Notes under the pieces: generated by a model | Databases searched by the model: none | Told to the model about the DNA's origin: nothing | What the model saw: only the letters and a program-made list of their open reading frames with translations | Made by a program: the position numbers and the translations under genes | Assembly (NCBI GenBank): GCA_001275005.1 | Contig: JWZX01003387.1 | Coordinates: 1 to 48,998 of the forward strand | Direction: 5' to 3' | Source: Chrysochromulina tobinii | Taxonomy: Eukaryota | DNA length: 48,998 nucleotides | Part shown: positions 1-10,928 of the stretch, in pieces | Numbering within the stretch: the stretch's first letter is position 1 | Layout: the number at the start of each line of letters is the position of its first letter

Positions 1-437
1 GGGGCCCGGGCGGGCGGCCGGCCGCGCCCCGCGGGCCCGGCGCGGTTTGGCGCGGTCCGCGGAGGCCGGTCGGGGGGGCGACCCGATTTCGAAGCTATAA
101 GTATATAACGATATCCGGCGATACCGCAAAAATTGCTGGAATCGCGCGCGTGTGGACGTCCGCGATCCGCGCACCGGGAGCGAGCGCTCGAGACAGGAGC
201 CTGGAGAGCACGTGACGGGTGGTCCGCGACCCGCCGTCGCTGCGTCGTGTTCGAACCGCGCAAGCGGGCGGCGGGGCGATTGACAGATCCGACACGGGGC
301 GAGACGCGCGACGGGAGCGATCTTACAGACCCAAGCAGATGCGCGGAAGTGCCCACGTATCGGTACATCGCGCCCCGCGTGTTGATGCTCGCGGGAACGG
401 TGTCGGCGACCCGGGACTATGAATACGAGTACGCCCT

Positions 438-1319
438 CTAGGGCGCCAACTTCTTTTGCTTCTTGCTGGGCGCTGTCTCTCCCTCAGCGCTCTTGACGGC
501 TGCTTTGGGGTCGTCGAGGCGGCGCATTGCGTCGTCGAGGAGATCGGCTGTTTCTCCTAAAGATCCGACGAGCACAGCCGCAGCAAACGGGCGTACAGCG
601 CCCGCCGCACCTTGCAGTCCCTCGAACAGAAGCCGCAGCTGCGTGATCTCGTCATCACCGAGAAGCGCGCGTACCGACGGCTTGCCGAGAACATCGACCC
701 ACAGAGCTGCCAGAGCGCCCACGGGAGGCAGGGCTTCCACAACAGCCAACTTGGTCTCTTCGAGAGTCGCCGGTGCGTCGTCGTCGGCCTCCTCTTCAGT
801 AGCAACGGCGGCGGCGTTGCCGCCGCTCACAGCCTGCTGTCGCGCATCCACGAGTTCCTCGAGTGCACCAAGACACCTTTGCGACGCGGCCACGAGCAGT
901 GATAGAGCATTGCCAGCAACGCCAGCGCCCAGGAAAAAATTGATCGCCGAGGCGAATGCCTCCGGGTCCATGGAGGTGAGGCGCGCGTTTGCTGCCTCGT
1001 CGGTGAGCGGTGCCGTGGCCTGCTCGAAGATGCGGTCGTAGAAGAAGTCGGGTTCGTGCTGCACGGCACGGAGCAGAATAGCATCCTTTTGCTGGTCCGA
1101 GAGCACTGCGAGCAGCGGTGCAAGTTCTATCTGCTCAGACTCGACCGGAATTGATGAGCCAGCTGGCCGCTTTTCTCGAGTGGCTGGAGCCGCTGCTGCC
1201 GCTGGCGCCGGCGGCGACGGAGCTGCTGACGCCTGATGAATGGCAGCGCAGTGCTTCGCAAGGGTTGCTGAGTTGGAGAAGTGGATCGAGCAAATCGCGC
1301 AGAACGTGTCGTCGTCCAT
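438..1319 (-). CDS. Hypothetical protein with N-terminal C2H2 zinc finger (293 aa)
   Basis: ATG-started ORF; CAIC-x12-HCAAIH zinc-finger pattern; basic C-terminal KKQKK (NLS-like). Confidence 0.7.
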   Translation of the reverse strand: MDDDTFCAICSIHFSNSATLAKHCAAIHQASAAPSPPAPAAAAAPATREKRPAGSSIPVESEQIELAPLLAVLSDQQKDAILLRAVQHEPDFFYDRIFEQATAPLTDEAANARLTSMDPEAFASAINFFLGAGVAGNALSLLVAASQRCLGALEELVDARQQAVSGGNAAAVATEEEADDDAPATLEETKLAVVEALPPVGALAALWVDVLGKPSVRALLGDDEITQLRLLFEGLQGAAGAVRPFAAAVLVGSLGETADLLDDAMRRLDDPKAAVKSAEGETAPSKKQKKLAP

Positions 1320-1397
1320 TTCGCAATGTTGGTCACGATGCGGTTCTTCCCGGGCTCTTCACGCCAAACTTTCTCTCGCTCACCTCTGCAAGCAACA

Positions 1398-1484
1398 CTC
1401 TCACTCACTCACTCATACTCACACTCACTCACTCACATGTATGAGACACGTGTACTGCGTGTACTGCGTGTACTGCGTGTACTG
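1398..1484. repeat. Imperfect (CTCA)n microsatellite followed by (CGTGTACTG)x4
   Basis: Read directly; the 9-mer copies span 1449-1484. Confidence 0.9.
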
Positions 1485-1786
1485 CGAGTGTAGAGCGAAT
1501 CGGACCAACTCACACTCGTGAACGAAACCGGCCCGGCGGTTCACCGCTCGTGACCAGTCAACTGAGACTCCTAGCACTGTGAATATGACTGAGTGCGCAA
1601 AGAAGGCAAGGCAGTCATGGCATGGCATGGCGGCCCCGCAGATATGCCTTCGGACGGGGACAGGCGTGACCTCTGCACCATCTTCAGAGTTCTTCACCAG
1701 AGCACGGAAACTGGCCGCTATAAAACAGCCCCGCGGGGCTAGCCATACCTCGAGACCTCGAGACCATATCCACACGTCCACAACGT

Positions 1787-3355
1787 TCACGTCGTGCTCG
1801 TGCCCAACATATTGGCGAGCTTCTCCATGAAGAAGAACTGCAGTGTGCCGTACGGAAGGATTCGCATGTACTGTGGCAGCCAGCCATTCCACAACACCAG
1901 CGGGCCGCGGGCTGAGACGGCGTCCACGGCGATACGCGCCATGCCACGCGAGCCATCGCCAAGCATGACCTGCGTGCGAATAAAGTCCACGGGCGCGGTA
2001 AAGAAGACCGTGTTAGCGGCGGTGAGGAATGCGGCACCGATTGTGTTGGCCGTCGAGCCCCTCCTCTGGCCGAGCTGTGTCTCAATCACCTCCTTGGCGG
2101 TGTCGTACGAGGCCATCTTGACGGCTCCGAGCGTGACCGCGCGTGCCACCGTCGTGGATGCTCCGCGCCAGAAGGCCCCCACGCCACCCATCGCAAAAAT
2201 GTCCCTGGTGTGCGCCATCGTCGAGCGCGGCGGGTTGGTTTGATCGTTCTGCATGCGCGTCTTGAGCAGGTCCGTCGGGTTGGCGATGAAGGATGCGATG
2301 CCACCGGCGAGCCCGCCGGCAAACATCATCTTCCAAAGTGGTGTGTCGCGGGGGGAGCCACAGCCGATTGTGACCTTAATTGGCTTGTACAGGCCGAAAC
2401 GTAACGTCGAGTACGAGAGCTCACGCAGCGCCGACGGATACATGCCCTTCCACAGGGCGTGCACGCCTTCTTCAACCATGATGATCCGGAAGCAGTTGCT
2501 AATGGAGCCACCGTACTTGCACGGCATCTTGCCGACGCTGCCAGCCTGCAGCCTTACCTTGACCGTCTCGATAGGCTGCACGACCGTCTGCGCGACGACG
2601 CCGGCCAGCCCGCCCGGCAGGAGCTGCGCCGCAAGGGGCGAGGTGGCCGCGAGGTTGATGATTGGCGCCTTCGTCTCTGTCGGATTGCTGGCCTGCACTC
2701 CGCTGCGTGGCGTCTTGATGCCAAGCTTGCCGAACAGGTCGGCCGCCATTGCAGCCGTGTCGTCGGTGAACGAGACCGACTCGTCGAGTGACCGAAGGAG
2801 ATCCTCGGGATCGAGGAGTGCGAATGCCGAACGCCACTCCTCGAAAGAAATTGTGCCGCTTCCGTCAGTATCGACGTTGCGAAGCAACTCGTCGATTCGT
2901 GAGGCCTCACACTTCATGTGCATGCGGTCCAGTAGGAGCTTGAGCTCATCCTTGGTGATCTCGCCGCTGCCATCTACATCGATGGCATCGAACGCCGTGC
3001 GCAAGCTGTACTCGTGAGCGTCTACATACGCCGAGAACTCGCTGTACTGGATGATGCCATCACCGTCCAGATCAACACGAGCAAAGATGTCTTCCATTCG
3101 GCTTGGCGGCACATGCAGCTTGTCCAGCACCCCGCGAAGGTCGGCCTTGCTCAGTCCGTCCTTGCCTTCCTTGACGTATTCATCGAAGAGCGAGCGCTTC
3201 CAGCGCTCCTGCGCTTCAAGCGCTGCAGGGCTGAGCACGCTTTTGGTCCGGACGATGGCGGGCATGCCAACTCCATCTATCGGCCTCCCTCCGCGGTCGA
3301 TGCAGAACCCGGCCGGCGATTCATTTACCGGTACCGGTGCCACCCCCACGAGCAT
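1787..3355 (-). CDS. Mitochondrial carrier (SLC25) with N-terminal EF-hand domain; carrier part UCP/oxoglutarate/dicarboxylate-like
   Basis: EF loops DLDGDGIIQYSEF, DVDGSGEITKDEL, DTDGSGTISFEEW; three carrier signatures PIETVKVR, PTDLLKTR, PVDFIRTQ. Alternative start at 3265. Confidence 0.92.
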   Translation of the reverse strand: MLVGVAPVPVNESPAGFCIDRGGRPIDGVGMPAIVRTKSVLSPAALEAQERWKRSLFDEYVKEGKDGLSKADLRGVLDKLHVPPSRMEDIFARVDLDGDGIIQYSEFSAYVDAHEYSLRTAFDAIDVDGSGEITKDELKLLLDRMHMKCEASRIDELLRNVDTDGSGTISFEEWRSAFALLDPEDLLRSLDESVSFTDDTAAMAADLFGKLGIKTPRSGVQASNPTETKAPIINLAATSPLAAQLLPGGLAGVVAQTVVQPIETVKVRLQAGSVGKMPCKYGGSISNCFRIIMVEEGVHALWKGMYPSALRELSYSTLRFGLYKPIKVTIGCGSPRDTPLWKMMFAGGLAGGIASFIANPTDLLKTRMQNDQTNPPRSTMAHTRDIFAMGGVGAFWRGASTTVARAVTLGAVKMASYDTAKEVIETQLGQRRGSTANTIGAAFLTAANTVFFTAPVDFIRTQVMLGDGSRGMARIAVDAVSARGPLVLWNGWLPQYMRILPYGTLQFFFMEKLANMLGTSTT

Positions 3356-3676
3356 TCACAGCCAGAGCGAGATGCTGCGAAGGACCGATTCCTTCTTGAC
3401 GTACACACTGGGGGAAACGTTCCACAGTTTGCCATCACGGCTAGACAAAAAATTCATGACCAAACAGTCGACCATACTTGCATTGGATTCATGACCGAAA
3501 AAAGGGGTTTTCAGGTGTGCATGTACGACGTGGGCTCGACTCTCGCTGCAACGGGTCTGAACAGATCTATGCGGACTCAACCCCACTGTGCAATCAGTTT
3601 CGAGTCTCGTCAAAGCGGCAGTCGCAGTGGGACGCGACAGGCTGTCGGCTTTCCTACTCGGCGACTAGCAATTGCT

Positions 3677-5118
3677 ATGCGCGGTGCGACTCTCACCACC
3701 CGAGTGCGCACCTCACGCGTGCCGTCGCCGCGAGCGCTCGCCGATCCGGCGCATTGGCAGCGCACGCTACTCTCGAGCGTGCTGGCTGCCACGCTTACTT
3801 GGAGCAGCGGCCCTCTCACAGCGCATGCTTCTGACCTGGGCATGGCTATCTCGGAATTGCAGAAGCAGGAGCAGACGGTGGCGGACCTCTTCTCGCGCGC
3901 CAGGCCCTCCGTGGTCTTCATCACTACTTTCGTCCAAAAGACGGATCGTATGTCAATGAGTGCAACAGAGGTGTCGGCGGGCACGGGGTCAGGCTTCGTG
4001 TGGGATGATGCTGGTCACATTGTGACCAACTATCACGTCATCCGGTCCGCCGAGGCTGCCAAGGTGGTCCTAACGGACGAAAATGGTCTGCAGAAGCGAT
4101 TCGACGCCAGGCTCGTCGGGTATAATCCGGACAAGGACGTGGCCGTCCTCAAAATCGATGCAGGTCTCAGTAGGCCGCCGCCAATCTCCTTAGGCTCATC
4201 GAGCAGTCTGCGCGTCGGTCAGACGACGCTTGCGATCGGCAATCCTTTTGGGCTCGACCACACGCTGACCATGGGTGTCGTCTCGGGGCTCGGGCGCGAA
4301 GTGCAGTCGCCATCCGGACGGCCGATCACCAACGTCATCCAGACGGACGCCGCCATCAACCCGGGCAACTCTGGCGGTGCTCTGCTTGACTCGTCGGGTC
4401 GGCTGATCGGGATGAACACGGCCATCTACTCGCCCTCGGGTGCCTCTGCTGGCATCGGTTTCGGTGGGTGCTCTGCCGCCGGCGTGGCCTGTGGACTGGA
4501 GCGGTGTTGCGAGCGCGCCCGCGCGGACGTCTCATACCCCGTCTCATACCCCTCACCCCTTCCCACGCGCCCACCTTGCCCTGGCTCCGCAGCCATCCCA
4601 GTTGACACTCTCAAGTACCAGGTGAACACGATCATTAAGGACGGCAAGGTGACGCGGCCGGCGATCGGCATCTCGTACATGAGCTATGGCCAGGCGCGCG
4701 CGCTCGGTGTCGATCGAGGCGTGCTGGTTCTCGATGTACCCGAGCAGTCAAGCGCAGACAAGGCGGGCCTGCGGGGCTCCTACCGGTCGAGATCAGGCGA
4801 GATCGTCATCGGGGACGTGATTACCGCAGTCAACAGCGACGTGGTCCGTGGCGCCGCCCACCTCAGTCCCCACTACCTCGGTCTAGGACCTCTGCTCCCC
4901 ATCAGTATCTCACAGCGCAAGCGCGCCCCTCGAGGGCTGTCCCCTCCGTCGTCTGTCCCCCGCGATCGCAGGTTGATGATGACATCGAGCTCTTCCGTGC
5001 GATAGACAAGTTCAAGCCAGGCGACCGCGTGACGCTGACAGTCTCGCGTTTCGACGAGGACGACAATGAGCAGGAGCTCCGTATCCCAATCACCTTGCAG
5101 GCAATGGACACCGCGTAG
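3677..5118 (+). CDS. Deg/HtrA serine protease with PDZ domain (plastid Deg1-like); exons 3677-4463, 4593-4843, 4972-5118
   Basis: GTGSGFVWD, VTNYHV, DKDVAVL, IQTDAAINPGNSGG. GT-AG introns 4464-4592 (restores GIGFAIP) and 4844-4971 (restores the PDZ end ..IDKFKPGDRVTLTV..). Transit-peptide-like N-terminus with AHA. Confidence 0.92.
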
Positions 5119-5637
5119 CCCCTCCTGAGCCCAACTGGCAACCAGCATGCTCTTAGGCAATAGGACATCACGCTCGCGGCTCGCGCTTGCGGGTGCGCGC
5201 AGGAGTACGTCGACGCCCCCGACGGCTTAGTCCCGTTGACCATGAACTACGGGGTGAAGTTATAGAACAGAATTCCCGACGAAAGCAGGAAAGGGATCGG
5301 GCGGATCGGGCGCGCACGGAGCGAGCATCACCATGATGCGGGCGACCCGGCGCCCGGGACAGGTGAGCGGGCCTGCGTTTCCAGACCGGAATTACTCAAC
5401 GTGTAGTTAGCAACGGCTATAAACCAGATTTTAGTCTGGCGATCTGGCGTGTCCGATCCCGTGATGCGGCATCCGGGATCTCGCACAGCAAGATCTCACA
5501 TCGCACATGTGACATGCGATGCGGTGTATGTGTGTGGTCGAGGTCCTACATGTAACGTCAGGCAGATGGGCCTCTCTCGCAACGATGCGCCCGCGCAGCT
5601 GTCCGCGCCGAGTACGCGCCGGTGGCAGTGGCAGTCC

Positions 5638-7193
5638 TCAAGTTTCTTTCTTCACGTTGGCCAATGGCTGAAACGGCGCCCATTGCAGCGCAGAACCTGT
5701 GGCTGCGGCAGGCGCTGTAGGTCCCGATGGGGCAGCGGCGGAAGCGGCGAGTGCGGCTGGGGGCGCGGGCACCGACACGGCAGCGGGCTGGTCGACGAAC
5801 GTCGCGGCGGCCTTGGCGGCAGAACCCGCGTTCGTCGCCTTTGGTATTGGTGCCAATGGCTGCCCCACGCCTGGCCTTGGTGCGGCAGCCGCGGGGGTAT
5901 TTAGCTGGAAGGCTGCATTCAGCGGCATCGGGATGAGCTGCAGCCGCTTGCCTTGGGCCGCGGCGGCGGCCATCGCCGCCGCTATCTGTGCGCCATCCAT
6001 AGCAGGCCTTCCATCTGGTCCCAGAAGGACTTGAAAGGGTAACGCGCCTTCAGCTAATGTTATTCCGGCTGCTAACGAGCCGGCCGCGCCCATCCCAAGC
6101 CCACCTGGAGCGGGCGCGGACGCTGTGACGGCCTTCTTTGGTTGCGACGCCTTCTTCTTGGCAGCGGCGGGCGCGACGGTAGCGGCGGCAGCGGTTGAGG
6201 AGGAGGCACCGGCGGCACCGGAAGCGGCAGTGGTCGTACCGGTACCGCCGCTGCAGCTACCGTCGCCCGCGGCGTCGGCAGGTGCCGACGCGGCCGCAGC
6301 CGCAGCAGCAGCCTCCCGATCCTGCTTGCGCCGCTTGCGCTGGTTACGGTCTGGCATACTCTGTTCGAGGGACGAGATATCATGAATGGAGACGCGCTTC
6401 CCGGGCTTCTCCTTGCCACCCCCCTCCTGCCGAATGAAGTACTTTTGCGCATGCGAGGCGACCTGCGCGGGCGTGCGCGTGAGTACGCACTGGCGAGAGA
6501 TGGACCGCCAGTCGCCCTTGCCAAACTTATCGAGGCCCTGAAGGAAAAGTTTGTGCTCCTCTTCACTCCACGCCACGCCTCGGTCGCGCACTTTCTTCTT
6601 GCGCCCGTCGCCATCGCCGTCGCCGTCGCCCTCCGCGTCGGCATCGGCGCCGTCGGCGGCATCCGCGCCGCGGTGGCCCCAGTCCTTGCCCGTCGAGTCC
6701 CCGCTGCTGCTGCCCCCGTGGTCATCAAGCTGCGCCGCGAATTGCGTCAACTCCGCGCACGCAGCGATGTGCTCCGCGCATGCGGCAATCTGCTCGTCGT
6801 TCACACCACCCACAATCGCGCTGAGATGCGACGCATCTAGGACGCCTAGATGAGCAAGCTCCGCCTGCGCGTGTCGATGTTGCAGGTGCATTAGCCGGCC
6901 GAACGCTTGAGGCACGCATCATTTCAATCCGCGGTGAGGGGAGCGGCACGCACCAACTCCGGATCGGCCGCGATTTGCTCGGCCTGTCTTTCACCAAACC
7001 TTACTGTGTCTTCCAAATTGCGAGTGCCCACCTGCTTGGTGAGCCAATGCCAATCGTCCTCCTCGATGACAAACTGCTGGTCCTCTGCCCCACTGGTTGC
7101 GTCGGTGTCAAAGTCAGCACCGAGTTGATCAAGCGCCTCGATAAACTGTGCCGCCTCTTCGGGTTTGAAGCCGAGGGTGGGGTCGTCTTCCAT
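5638..7193 (-). CDS. SHAQKYF-class MYB transcription factor (DIVARICATA-like, two SANT/MYB units); exons 7193-6954, 6864-5638
   Basis: [40 protein letters not shown] plus RVSIHDI; degenerate SANT in exon 1; phase-0 GTGCGT..GCGCAG intron 6953-6865. Confidence 0.88.
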
Positions 7194-7428
7194 GTCGATT
7201 CACCCCAAACGCCTCGCTAGGATAGCGCGCGCAGGCGCTGCTACTTCGGATTGTTCTTGAGCGTGGGTACTGAGCGGTCGGCTCGCTGTACGCGGGGTAG
7301 AAGTCCCTTTGGGGTCAACTGTTCACCAATCCGCGTTCACGGGAATCCCATCAGTCAGACAGACAGTTACAGTATGTCGCGGTCCCCCCGCGCTCACCAC
7401 GTGTCACGAAAAACCATCGCGGATCTCC

Positions 7429-8436
7429 TCAGACATCCGCTGTCTCTAAGAATATCGGTTCCTCCTTTTCGGCCTTCTTGCGCTTCGGTTCTACCTTCTG
7501 CTCCTCCTTGGACCTCTCCGCCCTGGGCGACTGCCATGGCGACTGCGCTGGTGTGCAAGCCTGCGACGCGGAGGGCGAACGATACGGCGCGAATAGCAGC
7601 GAGACGGCGTGCAGCGACGGCGACGGGCGCCGCTGCTGCGCGGGCTGCTGCTCGGGTTGCTCCTCACGAGCGCCATCGTCCTCACTCTTCGGCGACCGAC
7701 CTTTCGGTATGAGTGGACCTGGCCGCGCCGCACCGCCGCCGCCGCTAAGCCGTGGTGACGATGGACTCTTCGAGCCGCTGAACACGACGCTCGAGCCGAT
7801 GGCACCGCCAAAGCTGGCGCTCCGCTGGCGCGGTGACGACGGCGCCGAACCACGCTGCGAGGCAGCGCCGCTCGCCGTTGATGGCGCTGTGGGCGGCCGA
7901 CGGATGGCGCCGCCGCGACCCCCGCTCGTCAGGCCACCACCGCTGCGCCCTCCTCGGCTCGTCGCAGTGCGATACGACTGAGACGGCGGCGGCTGCTGCT
8001 GCTGCTGCGTTGGAAGCTCGCGGGGTGAAGGGGCTGGCGACACCCACGGGCTGTAGTCAATGTGCACGCGGGACCGTGGAGATTCGGCCGCCGCAGGCGC
8101 AACCGTGGTCAGGCTCCCCTTGCGTGGCTTTGCCTTAAGGCCAGGATCGTCCGCGGGTGGAGAACTCTCGCGACGCGCCGCAGCGGTGTTGAGCGCCAGT
8201 GGTGGACGCTGAGGATGCGCACCCACTTTCATCTCCATGAGCGCCGAGCGCACCTCATCAATGGTGGCATCCTCTTCAAAGAATGCGCCAGGCGGCATCG
8301 GCAGTCCGAGTGCCTCGGCAAGCGCTGGCGAGAAGAGCGCGACCGGCTCGGCGAGCGCCTGGAGGTATGGTTCGAGCGGCGGGGGCAGGTATTTTTCGCT
8401 CTTCTTCGTCTCTGACACGAGAGAGGCTTGCCGCAT
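7429..8436 (-). CDS. Hypothetical low-complexity Ser/Pro/Gly-rich protein; 5' end uncertain
   Basis: Long ORF with first ATG at 8436; no family motif recognised. Confidence 0.5.
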   Translation of the reverse strand: MRQASLVSETKKSEKYLPPPLEPYLQALAEPVALFSPALAEALGLPMPPGAFFEEDATIDEVRSALMEMKVGAHPQRPPLALNTAAARRESSPPADDPGLKAKPRKGSLTTVAPAAAESPRSRVHIDYSPWVSPAPSPRELPTQQQQQPPPSQSYRTATSRGGRSGGGLTSGGRGGAIRRPPTAPSTASGAASQRGSAPSSPRQRSASFGGAIGSSVVFSGSKSPSSPRLSGGGGAARPGPLIPKGRSPKSEDDGAREEQPEQQPAQQRRPSPSLHAVSLLFAPYRSPSASQACTPAQSPWQSPRAERSKEEQKVEPKRKKAEKEEPIFLETADV

Positions 8437-8473
8437 GAATTCAAGCGTTTTTCTCTCCTGAATTTCACTTCCA

Positions 8474-8505
8474 GTCAAGTCAAGTCAAGTCAAGTCAAGT
8501 CAAGT
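8474..8505. repeat. (GTCAA)x6 microsatellite
   Basis: Read directly. Confidence 0.95.
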
Positions 8506-8670
8506 GATGTCCACCTCATTTGCACCACGTCCACGTCCCCGGTATTCGTCGGCGTCCGTCACGAGCGTACCGGTAATATTGTGTCCCGGCTCCCCCCGGT
8601 GTCTTTTTACCGGTAATATTGAGAGCCCCTCAGCCACAGTCCTCAGCCCGGAGTTGCCGGAGGCGCCCCC

Positions 8671-10365
8671 ATGCGGGCTGCATTTATTCTGTATTCGCTT
8701 CTCTGCGTCGCTGTCCATGGTGCTCCAAAACCCGCCCAGGTCTGGATATCTGACAGCAGCGGTCGCCGCCTGACACAGTCACCCCAGGACCTCCTTTGGG
8801 TCCGCAGCAACGCCTCCAACATCTGCAAAGACCCTGCTTCTTCCGCTGTGTGTCTCACCAGCGCCGGGCCACGCTTTCAAGAGTTCGATGGCGTCGGCTG
8901 CAGCTTCGTGCGTGCCGGCGCGCTGCTTTTGAATTCGTTGTCGCCACCGAAGCAGGCGGGACTTCTGGAGGCGCTTTGGCACCCTACGGAGGGGGCAGGG
9001 TTCAAGGTCGGAAAAGTGGCCATCGCCTCGTCGGACGCCATGCCTCGTACTATTGAAGGCGGCAGCTGCTGCTGGTACTCTTACGAAGAGTCTCCGGGTA
9101 ATTTTTCACTGCAGCCCGACCTAGATGATGCGGGTGGTGTCGTGCCGTACATAAATCGTGCCAACGCTGTCGCGGGCCGCTCAGTCTCCCTGGAGGCCAC
9201 TATGGATTTCGTCCCGCTGTGGATGCTCGAACGCAACGGCACAGAACCCTTCTACCAGCTGCTGATCAACGCGTCATTCTACCCGCAGCTTGCAGAGTAT
9301 TTTCTACAGTACGCGCAAGCAATGGCAGCTCACGGAGCTCCGCTAACGTATTTGTCCATGTTTAACGAGCCAGGCCCGTTCGGTTCCTACGAGACGGTTG
9401 ATCGTGCGACACTGGCGGATCTCCTTGTCAATCATGTCGGTCCATTGTTCCACGCAACACCGGGTGCGCCAAAAGTTACCTACGGCGAGCAGTACTCCCG
9501 GAACTTGACTTGGCTGGAATACGTGGAGTCATGGCTAGCACTTCGCCCGGATGTGGCCAACGCCACGGACATCATCATCACCCATGGGTACGACTCTGGC
9601 TGCGTCGTGGGAAATCAAACGAGCTGGTCGTGTACGAAGGAGCAGGGCCCTGACGGCCGAGTGATATTCAATACAACCTTGTTTTGTCTGCCCGAGGCAC
9701 TGCAGAACATGGCCCTGATCAAGCAGCAATTTCCAGACAAAAAGCTTTGGATGACGGAGGTCAGCTACGCGGTGGAGTACGGTGACTACGAGGTCCCGTC
9801 GTGCCCAAATCTACCCCGGACGGACTTTGAGGATTCCATGCAGTGGGCCCACATGCTTATTGGCGACTTCAACGCTGGCAGCTCGGCAGAGATCTACTGG
9901 CACTGCATCCTCAACGAAGCAGGGGGGCCGATGTTCTCGAACGCGTCCTTCCACGATCCTAGCGTTGATGTTCAACAACCGCTGGTCATTGTGAATACAA
10001 GCGCAGACACTTTTACGCTCACAGGTGCGTACTACACCTTTGCTCACTTTGGGCGTTTTGTCGAACCGGGGTCGCGACGGGTGGAACATGAGAGATCAGT
10101 CAGCCTGCCGTCCAATGTCTATGTGGTTGTCTTCAACGAAATCGTGATCAAAGAGATACGACCGTTTAACGGTGGCGAAGATCAATCGAAGTTTGTGGTA
10201 GAGTTCGCCAACAACCGAAAGGAGTCGACAAATGTTACGATTGTCTATGATACCTACATGACCACGGTGGTTCTACCGCCGATATCCCTTGTCACCGTTG
10301 TTTTCTCAGACGATACACCAACAAAATGGCAAGAGGGTAGAGATCGGGACAGCCGCGTCGAGTGA
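8671..10365 (+). CDS. Secreted glycoside hydrolase family 30 (glucosylceramidase-like), 564 aa
   Basis: Signal peptide; FQEFDGVG; acid/base FNEP; nucleophile LWMTE; YYTFAHFGRFVEPGS. Confidence 0.88.
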   Translation: MRAAFILYSLLCVAVHGAPKPAQVWISDSSGRRLTQSPQDLLWVRSNASNICKDPASSAVCLTSAGPRFQEFDGVGCSFVRAGALLLNSLSPPKQAGLLEALWHPTEGAGFKVGKVAIASSDAMPRTIEGGSCCWYSYEESPGNFSLQPDLDDAGGVVPYINRANAVAGRSVSLEATMDFVPLWMLERNGTEPFYQLLINASFYPQLAEYFLQYAQAMAAHGAPLTYLSMFNEPGPFGSYETVDRATLADLLVNHVGPLFHATPGAPKVTYGEQYSRNLTWLEYVESWLALRPDVANATDIIITHGYDSGCVVGNQTSWSCTKEQGPDGRVIFNTTLFCLPEALQNMALIKQQFPDKKLWMTEVSYAVEYGDYEVPSCPNLPRTDFEDSMQWAHMLIGDFNAGSSAEIYWHCILNEAGGPMFSNASFHDPSVDVQQPLVIVNTSADTFTLTGAYYTFAHFGRFVEPGSRRVEHERSVSLPSNVYVVVFNEIVIKEIRPFNGGEDQSKFVVEFANNRKESTNVTIVYDTYMTTVVLPPISLVTVVFSDDTPTKWQEGRDRDSRVE

Positions 10366-10928
10366 CTGGTCGAGTGACCGCGCCCGAGCAGACTAATGTG
10401 AAGATCGGACCGGACCGGTCCACTCGACGGTCCACTGACCGGACTGTACGCTGTACCGTACCGCTGTAGGCCCACTATGCACTAAGCGTAAGCCGCTAAG
10501 CCCGTGGCGGCCGTGGGGCCCGTGGCGGGGCCGCGGCGGGGCGAAAATGCAAGTGCAAAATCCGTCGCGTGCGCGGCACACGATCGTGTTCGATTTATCG
10601 TCCCGGAGTCATAGAAAGACTCACTCGACCCGGTTATAGCGTTTTCGAACTGCGGAACGGAAACTGAACGGGCTCGACGGTTCACGGTATACGATTCGCG
10701 GGTCGGCCGAGGACGCGGCCCGCGGCAACGTCCCCACTGACGTCCCCACAGGCAACCCCCAGGATCGCTGTAGACCCTTATAGTGCTTAGACCCTACCTC
10801 GCTCTCCCTGGGTGCTCGCCTGTGGCGTGGTGGTCAGGAGTCAGGTGTGTGTGCTCGCCCCCTGCCGCAAGCGCGAGTCCACCTGAGCAGATATGCATAT
10901 GGCGCGAACATGCGCGGCAAATCGTGCA

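Noticed and set aside
3014..3676. N-terminal 221 aa of the 663-aa ORF
   Set aside because: GTG start that overlaps the carrier gene antisense; the protease more plausibly starts at ATG 3677.
8459..8718. Upstream exon of the 7429-8436 gene with a (GTCAA)n-containing intron
   Set aside because: Frame-compatible, but the GTGGAC donor is weak and the only ATG overlaps the GH30 start.
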